A stretch of DNA of 59,690 nucleotides from an uncultured Bacilli bacterium (GCA_904374795.1 CAJFEV010000001.1:1-59690), one strand, 5' to 3'; positions 39,534 to 49,485 are shown, counted from the first letter of the stretch. Numbers and translations are program-made. Notes: generated by a model from the letters alone, not told the origin.

Positions 39534-42500
39534 TTATTTTCCCTCCTTCTTTTTTTGCTTCTTAATATAAGCTATAGTCAATAATCCTCCTGCAAATAAA
39601 AATGTACAACCTAAAATCTTAGAATAATCATACTTTCCTGTTTGAGGTAATTTTTTATTTACCAATGATAACTCGACAAATTCATCTTGAGAATCGATTG
39701 AAAAATATAGACTTTCTGAGCTAATTTCATAACCATCTAAGGTTTTGATTTCTTTTATTTCATAATTTCCGTATTCTATATTTTCAATAGTTATAAGTCC
39801 TTCTTCATTTGTAATAAATGTTCCATATAAACTGCCATCTTCTTTATATATATTTATTTTTACTCCTAATAATGGATTACCTAATTCGTCAGTTTTTAAT
39901 AGTTTTAGTATTCCCTTAATTTTTTCGTTAGTCATATTAACTTTTTCTATCTTACCATTTTCTTTAATACTAAAATACATAGGTTCATCATTTAAAATAT
40001 ATCCTGCTGGAGCATTACTTTCTTCAATTCTGAAATTGCCAACATACAAATTAGAAATTGTAATCTTTCCATCCTTATCAGTTTTTCCTTCAAAAATCAG
40101 AACGTTTGTACTTTCGTCGTAAATTTTAATGGTTGTGTTAGGCAATGGTTCATCATCAACTAAATCGGTTTTTGTAAACTCTAGTGTACCTTTTTTTAAA
40201 TAATTTTTTAGCTCAAAGATTTTGTAAACAATTGGTGTATATTGATCCTGATATTCTAAAACAATTTCATATTCTTCATTTGACAATACATATCCATCTC
40301 TCGTTGACACTTCCTTTAAAATGTATTTTCCTAATTTTAAATTTTTAAACGTTCCAAGACCATTTTCGTCCGTTTTAATTTTTTGAATCAAATTACCGTT
40401 TTCATCATATAATTCAAAAACCACATCTGCTAGATTAGTTTCTTGATAGTAATAAGAATTGTTTTCAATAACTAATTCCTCACCAACTTTATGAATTTGA
40501 ATTTCCCCAAATACTTCTTGATTTTCAAAAGTTAAAACAACTAATGTACCTAAATCTTTATCCTCGATAAAATTAGAATTTTCATCAATTGTAAATTCTA
40601 AACCATTTTGATTCCAAAGATAACCATATATACTTTGGTCAACCTCTTCTAGGCGATAATGACCAGGATATAAAATATCAGGAGTTATAAATTCCCCGTT
40701 CATATCAGTTTCAAACACACAGATCTCTTCAACATTAGGATAAGTAATGTTTTGACAAACATATTTTCCATTATCTATATCATAAATTTTAAATTTAATT
40801 CCTGCCAATGCAATTTTATTATTATTAGTATCAACTTTTTCCACTTTAATTTTCGCACTGTAAGGTTCATTAGCCAAAGTTATGTAAGTTTCAGGTTCTG
40901 TCTCTTCGTTCACAGAAAAATCAATGTCATTTGCAAGCTTATATCCTTCTTTCCCCGACACTTGTTTAATAATATATTTATCGTATGGCAAAAGAATACT
41001 TGCCGTTGCTGATTTATCTATTACAAGAGTTGCAACTTTTTTATTTTTGGTAGTGCTCCAAACTTCAAAAGTTGCACCCACTTCTGCCTGAACTCCATTC
41101 TGGCTGAGATAAGTTTTATTTATAGTCAGAAACGTCGTATAGGGAATATCTTTTAACTGAAACGTAAAGACTTTTTTATAATTTTCTGGTGTAATAGAGA
41201 AATCATATTTTTTATTATCTATTTTATATCCAGTTCCAGATTTTATCTCTTGAATATAATAATCTCCTATTCTCAAATTTTTTTCTGATTTTGCATAACA
41301 ATTTTCATCAATAACTAATTGAGATATTAAAGTTCCATCACTTTTATATATTCCATATACTGTACCTTTTAAACTTGCTGAACCAGACGAAACACATGAG
41401 TTTGTAATAGAATCAAATTTATATATTTCCACTTGACCGAGGAAAGGACTATCATAAACAATTAACTCTTTTTTAGTTTGTGATTTGGTTATATCAAAAA
41501 AATGCTTTGTTGAATCCAATTCAAAATTACCATTAACGCTATACTCTTGAACATAATAACTTCCCAAAGCTAAATTTTTTGCAGAAGCAGAACAATTCTC
41601 ATCGATAATTAAATCTTGAATATAAGTTCCGTCATTTTTATATAATTTATATATAGTATTTTTTAAATATTTATCGCAAGTTTTTGTTTCTGCATCATAT
41701 TTTTTTAATTGTAATTCTCCAGCTACAACATCAAAACTCAAATTAACTTTGAGAGGATCTACTATTCCAGGAACCATAATATTTTGACTTGTTGGACTCG
41801 AATAAACAATAAATTCCTCCGTCCATGTTCCTCGTTTACTTTCTAATGTAATTGTCCCACTTTCAATTGATGTAGGAGTTACAACTAAGTTATTTCCAGA
41901 TATAGAAGCATTACAATTAACACATGAAGATACTTGATAATTACTTAAAAGGCCAGCATAATCCACAAATGAATAACTGTCGCCTACATTTATAGTTGCA
42001 TAAGTCGCATTAAACGCAGGCGTCCTTTTATAATTTGCAACGAGGCTTTCAATCTCATTCATTTTAGCTTGAATTGTAGTTGGAGTAGCGATGACATAAG
42101 CCCATGGATTTGCAGCCGAATTACGACTGGTAAATTGATAACTTTTTCCAAGTTTTGACCAAATAAGTGCTTGCGTTGCAACATACCATTCATTTGTATT
42201 ATGCCCAATATATCCATAACCAAACTGAGCAATCAGTGAAACTTCTCGTAGCTGATTGCTTGTTAAACCAACATAACTTGCTTTTTGATCATTAGTTAAA
42301 TTAGTGTATCCAATGTAATTTCCACCTTTAAACGATGTGCCTGGCTGAATACAATATGCTCGACTTCCATCAGAATTTCTAGTAAACAATTCAAAATCCC
42401 CAAATTTTCCATCATCAAAAACATAATGATATGTCCCGATAAAAGTTCTATTAAAGGAATCCGTTACTGTTTGAGCATTTATTTCTTTACTTTCTATGCT

Positions 42501-42554
42501 AATTCCCAGCATCAAAAAAAGAACTAGTAATAGTCCTTTTAAATTTTTCTTCAT
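39534..42554 (-). CDS. LPXTG-anchored thioester-domain adhesin with repeated SpaA/Cna-B-type domains
   Basis: Signal peptide, then thioester Cys in RAYCIQPG and Gln in ATQALIW (TQxAxW). At least six ~100-aa repeats of the type ..Y.L.E...P.GY.. follow. C-terminal LPQTG, a TM segment and KKQKKK. AGGAGGTG RBS before the ATG at 42554. Confidence 0.8.
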   Translation of the reverse strand: MKKNLKGLLLVLFLMLGISIESKEINAQTVTDSFNRTFIGTYHYVFDDGKFGDFELFTRNSDGSRAYCIQPGTSFKGGNYIGYTNLTNDQKASYVGLTSNQLREVSLIAQFGYGYIGHNTNEWYVATQALIWSKLGKSYQFTSRNSAANPWAYVIATPTTIQAKMNEIESLVANYKRTPAFNATYATINVGDSYSFVDYAGLLSNYQVSSCVNCNASISGNNLVVTPTSIESGTITLESKRGTWTEEFIVYSSPTSQNIMVPGIVDPLKVNLSFDVVAGELQLKKYDAETKTCDKYLKNTIYKLYKNDGTYIQDLIIDENCSASAKNLALGSYYVQEYSVNGNFELDSTKHFFDITKSQTKKELIVYDSPFLGQVEIYKFDSITNSCVSSGSASLKGTVYGIYKSDGTLISQLVIDENCYAKSEKNLRIGDYYIQEIKSGTGYKIDNKKYDFSITPENYKKVFTFQLKDIPYTTFLTINKTYLSQNGVQAEVGATFEVWSTTKNKKVATLVIDKSATASILLPYDKYIIKQVSGKEGYKLANDIDFSVNEETEPETYITLANEPYSAKIKVEKVDTNNNKIALAGIKFKIYDIDNGKYVCQNITYPNVEEICVFETDMNGEFITPDILYPGHYRLEEVDQSIYGYLWNQNGLEFTIDENSNFIEDKDLGTLVVLTFENQEVFGEIQIHKVGEELVIENNSYYYQETNLADVVFELYDENGNLIQKIKTDENGLGTFKNLKLGKYILKEVSTRDGYVLSNEEYEIVLEYQDQYTPIVYKIFELKNYLKKGTLEFTKTDLVDDEPLPNTTIKIYDESTNVLIFEGKTDKDGKITISNLYVGNFRIEESNAPAGYILNDEPMYFSIKENGKIEKVNMTNEKIKGILKLLKTDELGNPLLGVKINIYKEDGSLYGTFITNEEGLITIENIEYGNYEIKEIKTLDGYEISSESLYFSIDSQDEFVELSLVNKKLPQTGKYDYSKILGCTFLFAGGLLTIAYIKKQKKKEGK

Positions 42555-42596
42555 TATTTCACCTCCTAAAATAAAAAAGCTATAAATCAATAGCTT

Positions 42597-43406
42597 TTAA
42601 TAAATATCACTTGAAATATTAGTACATGAATAACCTATCTTTCTTAAATAAGCAACATTTCCAATTTTTTCATTTTTCCAATCATATACATGACTTCCAG
42701 TCCAATTATTATCGCAAAATATATCTTTTGTTTCAATTGTAAGAGATGTTAACTGAATATTTGGATTTGGTGTATTGACTACTATACAGCTATACATCCA
42801 TCCATATTGTTCCCATTCTTTTCCAGCATTTTCACATTGAGACAAAGTCAAAAAATCTAATTCAAAATCTGATATTTGTTGTTTTGCATAACTTAAAAGA
42901 AAATTTTTCTCTTCTGAAGACAAACTAGAAACTCCTGCAGAAAAATCAATACTATCCCATGTAATCAATTGTTCTTCACTAGTAGAATTATTTTCTTGAG
43001 TGGTTTGGTTATTACTACTATTCGAATTAGTATTACCAGTGTTAGCACTCGAATTATTAGATGTTTGAGGTTGATTATTAACACTATTATCACTTGAATT
43101 ATTATTACTTGAATTTGTATTTGAATTAGAACTTGAAACACTATTATTTTTTTCATTACTTTGAGAAGATTCTTGTTCTAGTAATTCGTTTCCAGTATCA
43201 TCATTATTATTTGGGACACTTTCATCATTTGATTCAGTTGGCTCGTTAATTTCTGTTTCTTCATCTATTTCTACAGTTGGTTCAACTGGATTTGAATTTT
43301 CGTTATCCCAAAAATTCTTTACACAAAAATATCCAATAACAATTCCAATCAATGCAATTAGAATTGCAATGGAAACATAAATTGCAATTTTACCTTTTCT
43401 ACTCAT
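42597..43406 (-). CDS. Membrane-anchored protein with an S/N-rich low-complexity linker
   Basis: N-terminal TM segment IAIYVSIAILIALIGIVIGYF, an SNSNTNSSNNNSS-type linker, and a Cys-containing C-terminal domain. Confidence 0.5.
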   Translation of the reverse strand: MSRKGKIAIYVSIAILIALIGIVIGYFCVKNFWDNENSNPVEPTVEIDEETEINEPTESNDESVPNNNDDTGNELLEQESSQSNEKNNSVSSSNSNTNSSNNNSSDNSVNNQPQTSNNSSANTGNTNSNSSNNQTTQENNSTSEEQLITWDSIDFSAGVSSLSSEEKNFLLSYAKQQISDFELDFLTLSQCENAGKEWEQYGWMYSCIVVNTPNPNIQLTSLTIETKDIFCDNNWTGSHVYDWKNEKIGNVAYLRKIGYSCTNISSDIY

Positions 43407-43431
43407 GTCTCAAACCTCTTTTCATGATTAT

Positions 43432-43460
43432 ATTGTATAATTTTTCTGAAAGTTTGTCAG
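43432..43460 (-). promoter_or_regulatory. Candidate sigma-A promoter of the transfer operon
   Basis: Minus strand CTGACA-17 nt-TACAAT, about 25 nt upstream of the ATG at 43406. Confidence 0.35.
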
Positions 43461-43500
43461 TATCTTTCTTATACTTTTACATAAAAAAGCATATAACATG

Positions 43501-43971
43501 TTAGCTATATGCTGAAACATTTAAAGCAATTGCCATCTTGACAATGCAACTTGCTTTAATAGTCTTAAATAGATGTCTCGTAGTCTGAATCTTATCAATC
43601 AAATAATTTTCTGATTTTTTTAAATACAACACATCTAAAAAGTATGTAAATTCATCTCTACTTAATGTACTTAATGCCAAGGAGATTTCACTATATAATG
43701 TTTGCATTCTCATTTCCGTATCACACTTTTTAGCAATGTAATTTCCTACCTTATCATTGGAAGATTTTATAAAGCACTCATAACGCACTTCATAATTGCT
43801 AGTAATTCTAGGTTTAGGTATATTTGGATATTGAACTTGTAATGTTATAAATTCATTGATCTTTTTTAAAACTTCTTCGTAACAAATATCCATATCATAT
43901 TTTTGTATTTCCTCCCGCGGTAGTGCAGGATTATCAACAATATTGTCTTCTAACTTATACTCAAATAACAA
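43501..43971 (-). CDS. ArpU-like / sigma-region-4-like transcriptional regulator
   Basis: The C-terminus (LSRDEFTYFLDVLYLKKSENYLIDKIQTTRHLFKTIKASCIVKMAIAL) resembles ArpU-family HTH tails. TTG start 8 nt after TAGGAG. Confidence 0.4.
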   Translation of the reverse strand: MLFEYKLEDNIVDNPALPREEIQKYDMDICYEEVLKKINEFITLQVQYPNIPKPRITSNYEVRYECFIKSSNDKVGNYIAKKCDTEMRMQTLYSEISLALSTLSRDEFTYFLDVLYLKKSENYLIDKIQTTRHLFKTIKASCIVKMAIALNVSAYS

Positions 43972-44435
43972 TGATAAAACTCCTATTACTAAAAAAGAGA
44001 GATAAAGCCCCTAAAGCTTGTTCTCTCTTTCGTTACAAAAACATGACTTAAACAATTATAAGACCTATTACTACAATAATTTCTACCATCAGACTTGATC
44101 ACATTTCTTTTCATTGCTTTACACCACCTAACTATTAATCGTTTCCTAATAAATAAGTAGCGCATAATTTCTCGCTTTCTTGAAATTAGGTTATCTATAC
44201 TAATGAAAATTTTAGTACTTGTCAAGCTTTTTTTTCATTTTTTCACCTCCAAACCCCCATAAAAAAAGCCATAAATCGTAAAATAACAATTTATGACCAA
44301 AAACCAAAACAAGATTGCTCGTTTGCAAACTTATTTCAAGTTTACATTATAATATCACTTAATATGAAAATAACAACAAAAATTCATATTTTTTTGTGCG
44401 ATTTTGTGAAAAAATTGTGCGATTTTGAAATTTGT

Positions 44436-44876
44436 TTATATTATTAGTAATTTTGATAGTTGCACAAAAACTGTATCAATAGTATTTGATTCTTCTAAAA
44501 TTTTATATATTTTATTATACTCCTCATTTGCCTTTTCTTCTGCTTCTTCGCTAGAATAAAATAAATCAGAAAGATTATAAGATATTTTCTTTTCAACGTC
44601 ATAACAATCTATTAATAATGTTGTGTCAAATCGCATTTCAAAAATGTCTGGGTTAATTTTAAAGTCATCCGTAACAATTAAACAGTTTTTTTTTGGATAC
44701 AACTGTTTATATGTAATTAGATTAAATCTGAAATTTTCTAAAGATTTAGTATACTTTCTAACAATTTTTTCTTGGAATAAATGCTTATCATACTTGGTAG
44801 TGCTATTATCATTCGTAGTAATTTCCAGAGGTTCAATATTTAATCTTTTTAAAAAATCTAAATAGTATTTATTCAT
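44436..44876 (-). CDS. Hypothetical protein
   Basis: 146-aa ORF with a GGGAGAAG RBS. No motif recognised. Confidence 0.45.
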   Translation of the reverse strand: MNKYYLDFLKRLNIEPLEITTNDNSTTKYDKHLFQEKIVRKYTKSLENFRFNLITYKQLYPKKNCLIVTDDFKINPDIFEMRFDTTLLIDCYDVEKKISYNLSDLFYSSEEAEEKANEEYNKIYKILEESNTIDTVFVQLSKLLII

Positions 44877-44956
44877 ATTCTCGCTTCTCCCTATCGCTTT
44901 TTATTATACAAACAAGCACTAATAAAAGCAAATATTTTTAAAAGCATATATCATAA

Positions 44957-45086
44957 TTTTTGATGTGTGGGAAAACATAGTAAACTCTTTTAATTTAACG
45001 TTATGGGTTTATGTGTTAAATTAATAGTGAACAACATTAGAAAACCAATGTATTAAAATGGTAAAAGCTTTCCCACACATCAAAAA
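44957..45086. repeat. Perfect 18-bp inverted repeat bracketing a 94-bp segment
   Basis: TTTTTGATGTGTGGGAAA (44957-44974) pairs with TTTCCCACACATCAAAAA (45069-45086). The interior holds a second 9-bp stem, TAATTTAAC...GTTAAATTA. Confidence 0.6.
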
Positions 45087-45258
45087 CAATAAATTTCAAA
45101 TTTTTTTTCTGTAATTATTATATCATGTGTAAGACTAAGTAGTAAATAAATGAAATAAGAACGTTGCTCAAAAAATTGCATAAAATGATTTTTTCTACCC
45201 CAAATATATCTCTCAATGCTTTTTTAAGCAAAAAAACGCACATTTCATACAATTTTTA

Positions 45259-45286
45259 TTGTTCTATATCTTTTTGGTGTTATAAT
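45259..45286 (+). promoter_or_regulatory. Sigma-A promoter with extended -10 for the nucleotidyltransferase gene
   Basis: TTGTTC-16 nt-(TGt)TATAAT, 25 nt upstream of the ATG at 45312. Confidence 0.45.
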
Positions 45287-45311
45287 TTCTTCAAAAGAAA
45301 GGTTTGTTTAT

Positions 45312-46073
45312 ATGGAAAAATTCACAGATATTATTAATAAATTTGTGAATAAAATGGGGTATTTAAAAAATGCTAATTTAGAAGGAATCGTGTGGTATGG
45401 TTCGAGTCAAACTGGATTTGCTAATAGCTGTTCCGATATTGATTTGCATATTGTCTTTTCTGATTTAACAAATGAAGTACGAGGCTCGGATTTTATAGAC
45501 AATTATCGCATTGAATATTTTGAAAAGACACTATCAAGTTTATATCAAAAAGTTGACTATGAATTTAATCATCAGTCAAATGCTATGGTATCTATGTTTG
45601 CCTATGGAACAGTATTGCTAGACAAAAGAGGAAATATAAAAAAATTACAAGAATATATAAAAAGAACATATTCTGCTCCTATGCCTTGTTTAAACGAAGA
45701 AGAAACTAAAGAACAAATTGCAATTATTAATAATTTTTTTGATGACTTAAACTATTATATAGAAACAAACGACTTATATGCCAATCATGTCTTTCACCTA
45801 ACATTAGAAAGAATAAAAGATTTATATTTTGCAATAAATGCCTTGCCTGGTGTTTCTCGAACTAAAGCATTAAAAACTATGCTAAACGATAATTATAGAA
45901 ATGCAACCAAAAAAAAGAATCCTGAACCAGAATTCATCGATTTATACATTCGTTGTTTAAACGAAAATATATCTTTATTACAAAGATTAAACTTATTACA
46001 ATTTTTATATCAAATTACAATTCAAAATATATCTTTTAATAAAAATGTACATAGAATAGTACTGAAAAAGTAA
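45312..46073 (+). CDS. Pol-beta-superfamily nucleotidyltransferase with a C-terminal helical domain (ANT-like architecture)
   Basis: GIVWYGSSQTGFANSCSDIDLHIVF (G-S...D-x-D NTase signature). Its 253 aa match the size of antibiotic nucleotidyltransferases. Substrate unknown. Confidence 0.65.
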   Translation: MEKFTDIINKFVNKMGYLKNANLEGIVWYGSSQTGFANSCSDIDLHIVFSDLTNEVRGSDFIDNYRIEYFEKTLSSLYQKVDYEFNHQSNAMVSMFAYGTVLLDKRGNIKKLQEYIKRTYSAPMPCLNEEETKEQIAIINNFFDDLNYYIETNDLYANHVFHLTLERIKDLYFAINALPGVSRTKALKTMLNDNYRNATKKKNPEPEFIDLYIRCLNENISLLQRLNLLQFLYQITIQNISFNKNVHRIVLKK

Positions 46074-46149
46074 TATTTTTTGTACATTTTCATAGTATCT
46101 TTAATACTGTTTAAAATATTTTTTCAAAATTCATAAGATCTTTATCAAT

Positions 46150-47115
46150 TTATTTTGAATTGAAACTTAATATCTTTTTAATCGTATAATTACAAAGCCA
46201 CGCTAATACCAAACAAATTAATAACAGAATAAATTGATAGAATAAAATACCTATAATATAATTAAATGAAATTAAATTCTGAAAAATTGAAAGTTCATAT
46301 ATCTTATTTTGTAAAAGTGGATGAAATAAATAGATATAAAGAGAATTAGCAGAAATTAAAGTTAAAAATTTATGTTGATGTTTTATTTTAAAGCCTAAAA
46401 TACAATTCATAAAAAGTATGGACATACTAATTAGTAATAAACTATCTATATTGTATAATTCTAAATGATCATTCGTATAGAAAATTATGCCAATTATATA
46501 TAAAATAAAGAATAGAATGCCACTTAATTTAGTAAATTTTATTTGATCGTGAATTTTGTAAAAAAGACTGCCCATTAAATAATAACCAATACTATAAGTT
46601 GGGATTGCTACGCCCCAATAAGTGGAAAACTCAAGAGAAAAAAGTTTTAATAAGGCTGGCATAATTAGTATTACACTTATTAAAAATATATGTTCTTTAG
46701 TTGAAGCATTTTTGGTTATGTAATTTAAAAATGGCATTATGAGATATAAACCAATTAACATATAAATATACCAAAATGGCTCGATTATCGGCGTTGCTAT
46801 AAAGTTTTGTAAAAAAAGAAAATCAATGGTTTTATGTTGTAAAAGATAAATAAGTCCCGATAAAAGAAATAAAGGAATGAATACTTTTAAAATCTTTTTT
46901 AATATATCTTTTCCTTTTAATTCTTTCGTACACATTAAATAGCCTGTGCACATAATAAATATGGGAACTGCTATTCGGCATAAAACAAATTCGATTTTAT
47001 AAAAAGGCAAATAATTTTCATTTATTAAAAGATAAGAACTTGTATGATTAATAATAACTAATATACACGCTATTGATTTTAATAAATCAATATTTTTAAA
47101 ATACTCTTTTTTCAT
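46150..47115 (-). CDS. Acyltransferase family 3 integral membrane protein
   Basis: The N-terminus (NIDLLKSIACILVIINHTS) is followed by about 10 TM segments. AAGGAG RBS before MKKEYF (47115). Confidence 0.7.
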   Translation of the reverse strand: MKKEYFKNIDLLKSIACILVIINHTSSYLLINENYLPFYKIEFVLCRIAVPIFIMCTGYLMCTKELKGKDILKKILKVFIPLFLLSGLIYLLQHKTIDFLFLQNFIATPIIEPFWYIYMLIGLYLIMPFLNYITKNASTKEHIFLISVILIMPALLKLFSLEFSTYWGVAIPTYSIGYYLMGSLFYKIHDQIKFTKLSGILFFILYIIGIIFYTNDHLELYNIDSLLLISMSILFMNCILGFKIKHQHKFLTLISANSLYIYLFHPLLQNKIYELSIFQNLISFNYIIGILFYQFILLLICLVLAWLCNYTIKKILSFNSK

Positions 47116-47288
47116 TTGCACCAGCTCCTTAAGATTCGGAATATAATAATTAAAAGGTAAACCCAAAAAATTCGTATTAATGTTTCAAATCGAAGATATT
47201 TCGTTAATTATTAATAGTGTAACATATAAATAAAATTATTTCAAAAGAGGAAGCATATGTCTTCCCCTATTTGAGATATTATTATTGA

Positions 47289-47978
47289 TTATTCTAAAAA
47301 TGAATAACTTGAATAATTATTTTCTTTAGCATTAAAAGCTTTTTTCGTAGTATTATTATAAGAAAGCATTCCATAATCATTCGCTATAATGGTAAAGTAC
47401 TCTTCACCTTCAGCTTTGTGTAAAAACAATAATCTAGTATCTTCCTCTTCTATAGATTGATCTCCTATACTTTCACTTTTAAAACGAACTTTTGCAGAGC
47501 TTTTTTGAGCTGTCGTTAAATCATTAGCACCAATTTTTTCTGCAAAATCATCATCTCTAGCATTTAAGAGTTGTTGTAAAGAAATAGTTCCACCACTTCT
47601 TTTAGTTAAAATGTCTTCTCCTATAGCAAAATTCCCAGTATTTTTTATAATACTTTGAACATTAAATTTCGAAATAGTAAACGGAACTTCATTTTCATTT
47701 ATTTCTGTTTCAACATCTTCTACGAAATTTGCAATAACAACTAGGTTTGCCATTTCAAATAAATCCTCTGGATTTGAAGTTGGATAGCTATAAGATGCAG
47801 TAACTTCGTACATTATAGAACCATCATCCAAAGTTTCTGATCCGTCTATAAATTCTTGAGTGTTTATTTTATCACCTTCTAATTTTTTTGATTGATAATT
47901 TATTATAATAACACCAACTAATAAAGCTACTACAAGCAATGCAGTGCATCCAATTCCAATTTTTTGTATTCTATTCAT
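47289..47978 (-). CDS. Membrane-anchored extracellular protein, unknown function
   Basis: N-terminal TM segment IGIGCTALLVVALLVGVIII. No catalytic motif. Confidence 0.5.
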   Translation of the reverse strand: MNRIQKIGIGCTALLVVALLVGVIIINYQSKKLEGDKINTQEFIDGSETLDDGSIMYEVTASYSYPTSNPEDLFEMANLVVIANFVEDVETEINENEVPFTISKFNVQSIIKNTGNFAIGEDILTKRSGGTISLQQLLNARDDDFAEKIGANDLTTAQKSSAKVRFKSESIGDQSIEEEDTRLLFLHKAEGEEYFTIIANDYGMLSYNNTTKKAFNAKENNYSSYSFLE

Positions 47979-47995
47979 ATTATAATCACACCTTT

Positions 47996-48619
47996 CTATG
48001 GATATAAAGCATTAAATGCATCCTGATCTACTTGTTGAATTGTATATACATTTCTGCTATCCCAGTTATACATAATACTATTTGGATTTTCTGGATTATG
48101 TCCTAATCCCCAAGCATGGCCAAATTCATGAGCAATGATACCTTGTCGTTGATTAAAGTCAGTATATCCATCAAAAATATCATTATTTATATGAATTTCA
48201 GCAAACAAATAATTTTCCGCAGGAACACCAGTACCAGTTCTATTTGGAACCTCAACCCATCCAACACTAACCGCATTCCCATTTACTCTTTTGTAAGTTT
48301 CGGTCATAGCAGTAAAAGCATAATTTCCATAAAATGCTGCATAAAAATCGACTGCACTATTTGTTTTATTATAAGTTCTAGTATTTGGATATAATTTATT
48401 ATAACCTAAACCAGTATAAACCCAATTGTTAGCAGCAGCGGCTATAGTTCCTGAGTATCCAGGAGCTGACTGGTCTATATAATAATATATACTTTCAATA
48501 TTCCAAGTCAACTTATAATTTCCATAAGCTGGCATAGTTGCAGCTGAAGCTGCTGGGATTACTCCCAAACTACCAATAATTAGCAATAAACCTATTAACC
48601 AATATCTTAATTTTTTCAT
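47996..48619 (-). CDS. Secreted zinc metalloprotease, matrixin-like (metzincin)
   Basis: Signal peptide. HEFGHAWGLGHNPENPNSIMY contains HExxHxxGxxH plus a Met-turn. Confidence 0.8.
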   Translation of the reverse strand: MKKLRYWLIGLLLIIGSLGVIPAASAATMPAYGNYKLTWNIESIYYYIDQSAPGYSGTIAAAANNWVYTGLGYNKLYPNTRTYNKTNSAVDFYAAFYGNYAFTAMTETYKRVNGNAVSVGWVEVPNRTGTGVPAENYLFAEIHINNDIFDGYTDFNQRQGIIAHEFGHAWGLGHNPENPNSIMYNWDSRNVYTIQQVDQDAFNALYP

Positions 48620-48741
48620 TTACATCCTCCTTTTCTAAAAAAATTAAGTTTATTTTACTTCCATATCACCTTTTCCTTTCTCATAATGCAATATCTAATT
48701 CATGACTTAGATATTGTCAAAACTATTTTATATAAAATTTC

Positions 48742-49455
48742 TTAAAGACTTATATCAACACCAGGAGCATTATCATAAACATTTCTAGCAGTTCCTATAA
48801 ATTGAAAGACGTTTCCATATCCCCCAACTCCAATCGTATATTGATTACTAACTACTGAACTTGTATTACTCATAGCATGTTGATAGCTTCCATATATTGT
48901 TCCGCTTTGTGTTGTTGTAAATGATACAGAAACTTGAATATTGGATGTATTAGGTAATTGAAATGAATATCCAAAACCATTATTAAATTTTTTAGGATTA
49001 TTATAGGATTGAGAAAAATTATTTCCCTCTATCCTTAAATTATTAATCGTTAAAAGACTTGGACCATTTAATCTCACTCCCATGACATCATAACTTTTTA
49101 CAAAAGGACTTCCAATCCATGTTGCAACAAGTGTGTTCAAACAGCTACTATTACAAACTTTTGTAATTGAAAGTGTTCTTAAATTACTTGTTACTGAACT
49201 ACCACGAGTTATAGGATAATTTGTATAAGTTTTCTTTTCTATTTCTTGATCAAATAAATCCATATCCTTAATTTGTAAATATTCTTCTTGTGTCAAAGAT
49301 TTTTGATATCCTTCCCAGTATAATTTGCTAAAAAAATCATATTCTTTTTCAGATAAACTAACTCCATTTTCATTAGTAAAATAATTTTCTTTTGCAGATG
49401 CACATGGCGCCAAAAATATACACAATAATAAGCCAAACAAAATTTTTCTTTTCAT
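48742..49455 (-). CDS. Secreted hypothetical protein (beta-rich C-terminal domain)
   Basis: Signal peptide MKRKILFGLLLCIFLAPCASA. No recognised motif. Confidence 0.5.
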   Translation of the reverse strand: MKRKILFGLLLCIFLAPCASAKENYFTNENGVSLSEKEYDFFSKLYWEGYQKSLTQEEYLQIKDMDLFDQEIEKKTYTNYPITRGSSVTSNLRTLSITKVCNSSCLNTLVATWIGSPFVKSYDVMGVRLNGPSLLTINNLRIEGNNFSQSYNNPKKFNNGFGYSFQLPNTSNIQVSVSFTTTQSGTIYGSYQHAMSNTSSVVSNQYTIGVGGYGNVFQFIGTARNVYDNAPGVDISL

Positions 49456-49485
49456 ATAATCCCTCTCTCTTCTACTGATTCAAAC

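Noticed and set aside
42965-43156. 63-aa ORF, and possible tandem DNA repeat or VNTR in the S/N-rich region
   Set aside because: It is an alternative frame of the low-complexity SNSNTNSSNNN linker of 42597-43406. The DNA is compositionally biased but has no exact repeating unit. It is not a CRISPR array or minisatellite.
43989-44225. 78-aa ORF between the ArpU-like gene and 44436-44876
   Set aside because: It has only a TTG start, no RBS, and an Arg/Cys-rich composition unlike the neighbouring genes. It is more likely a non-coding regulatory spacer.
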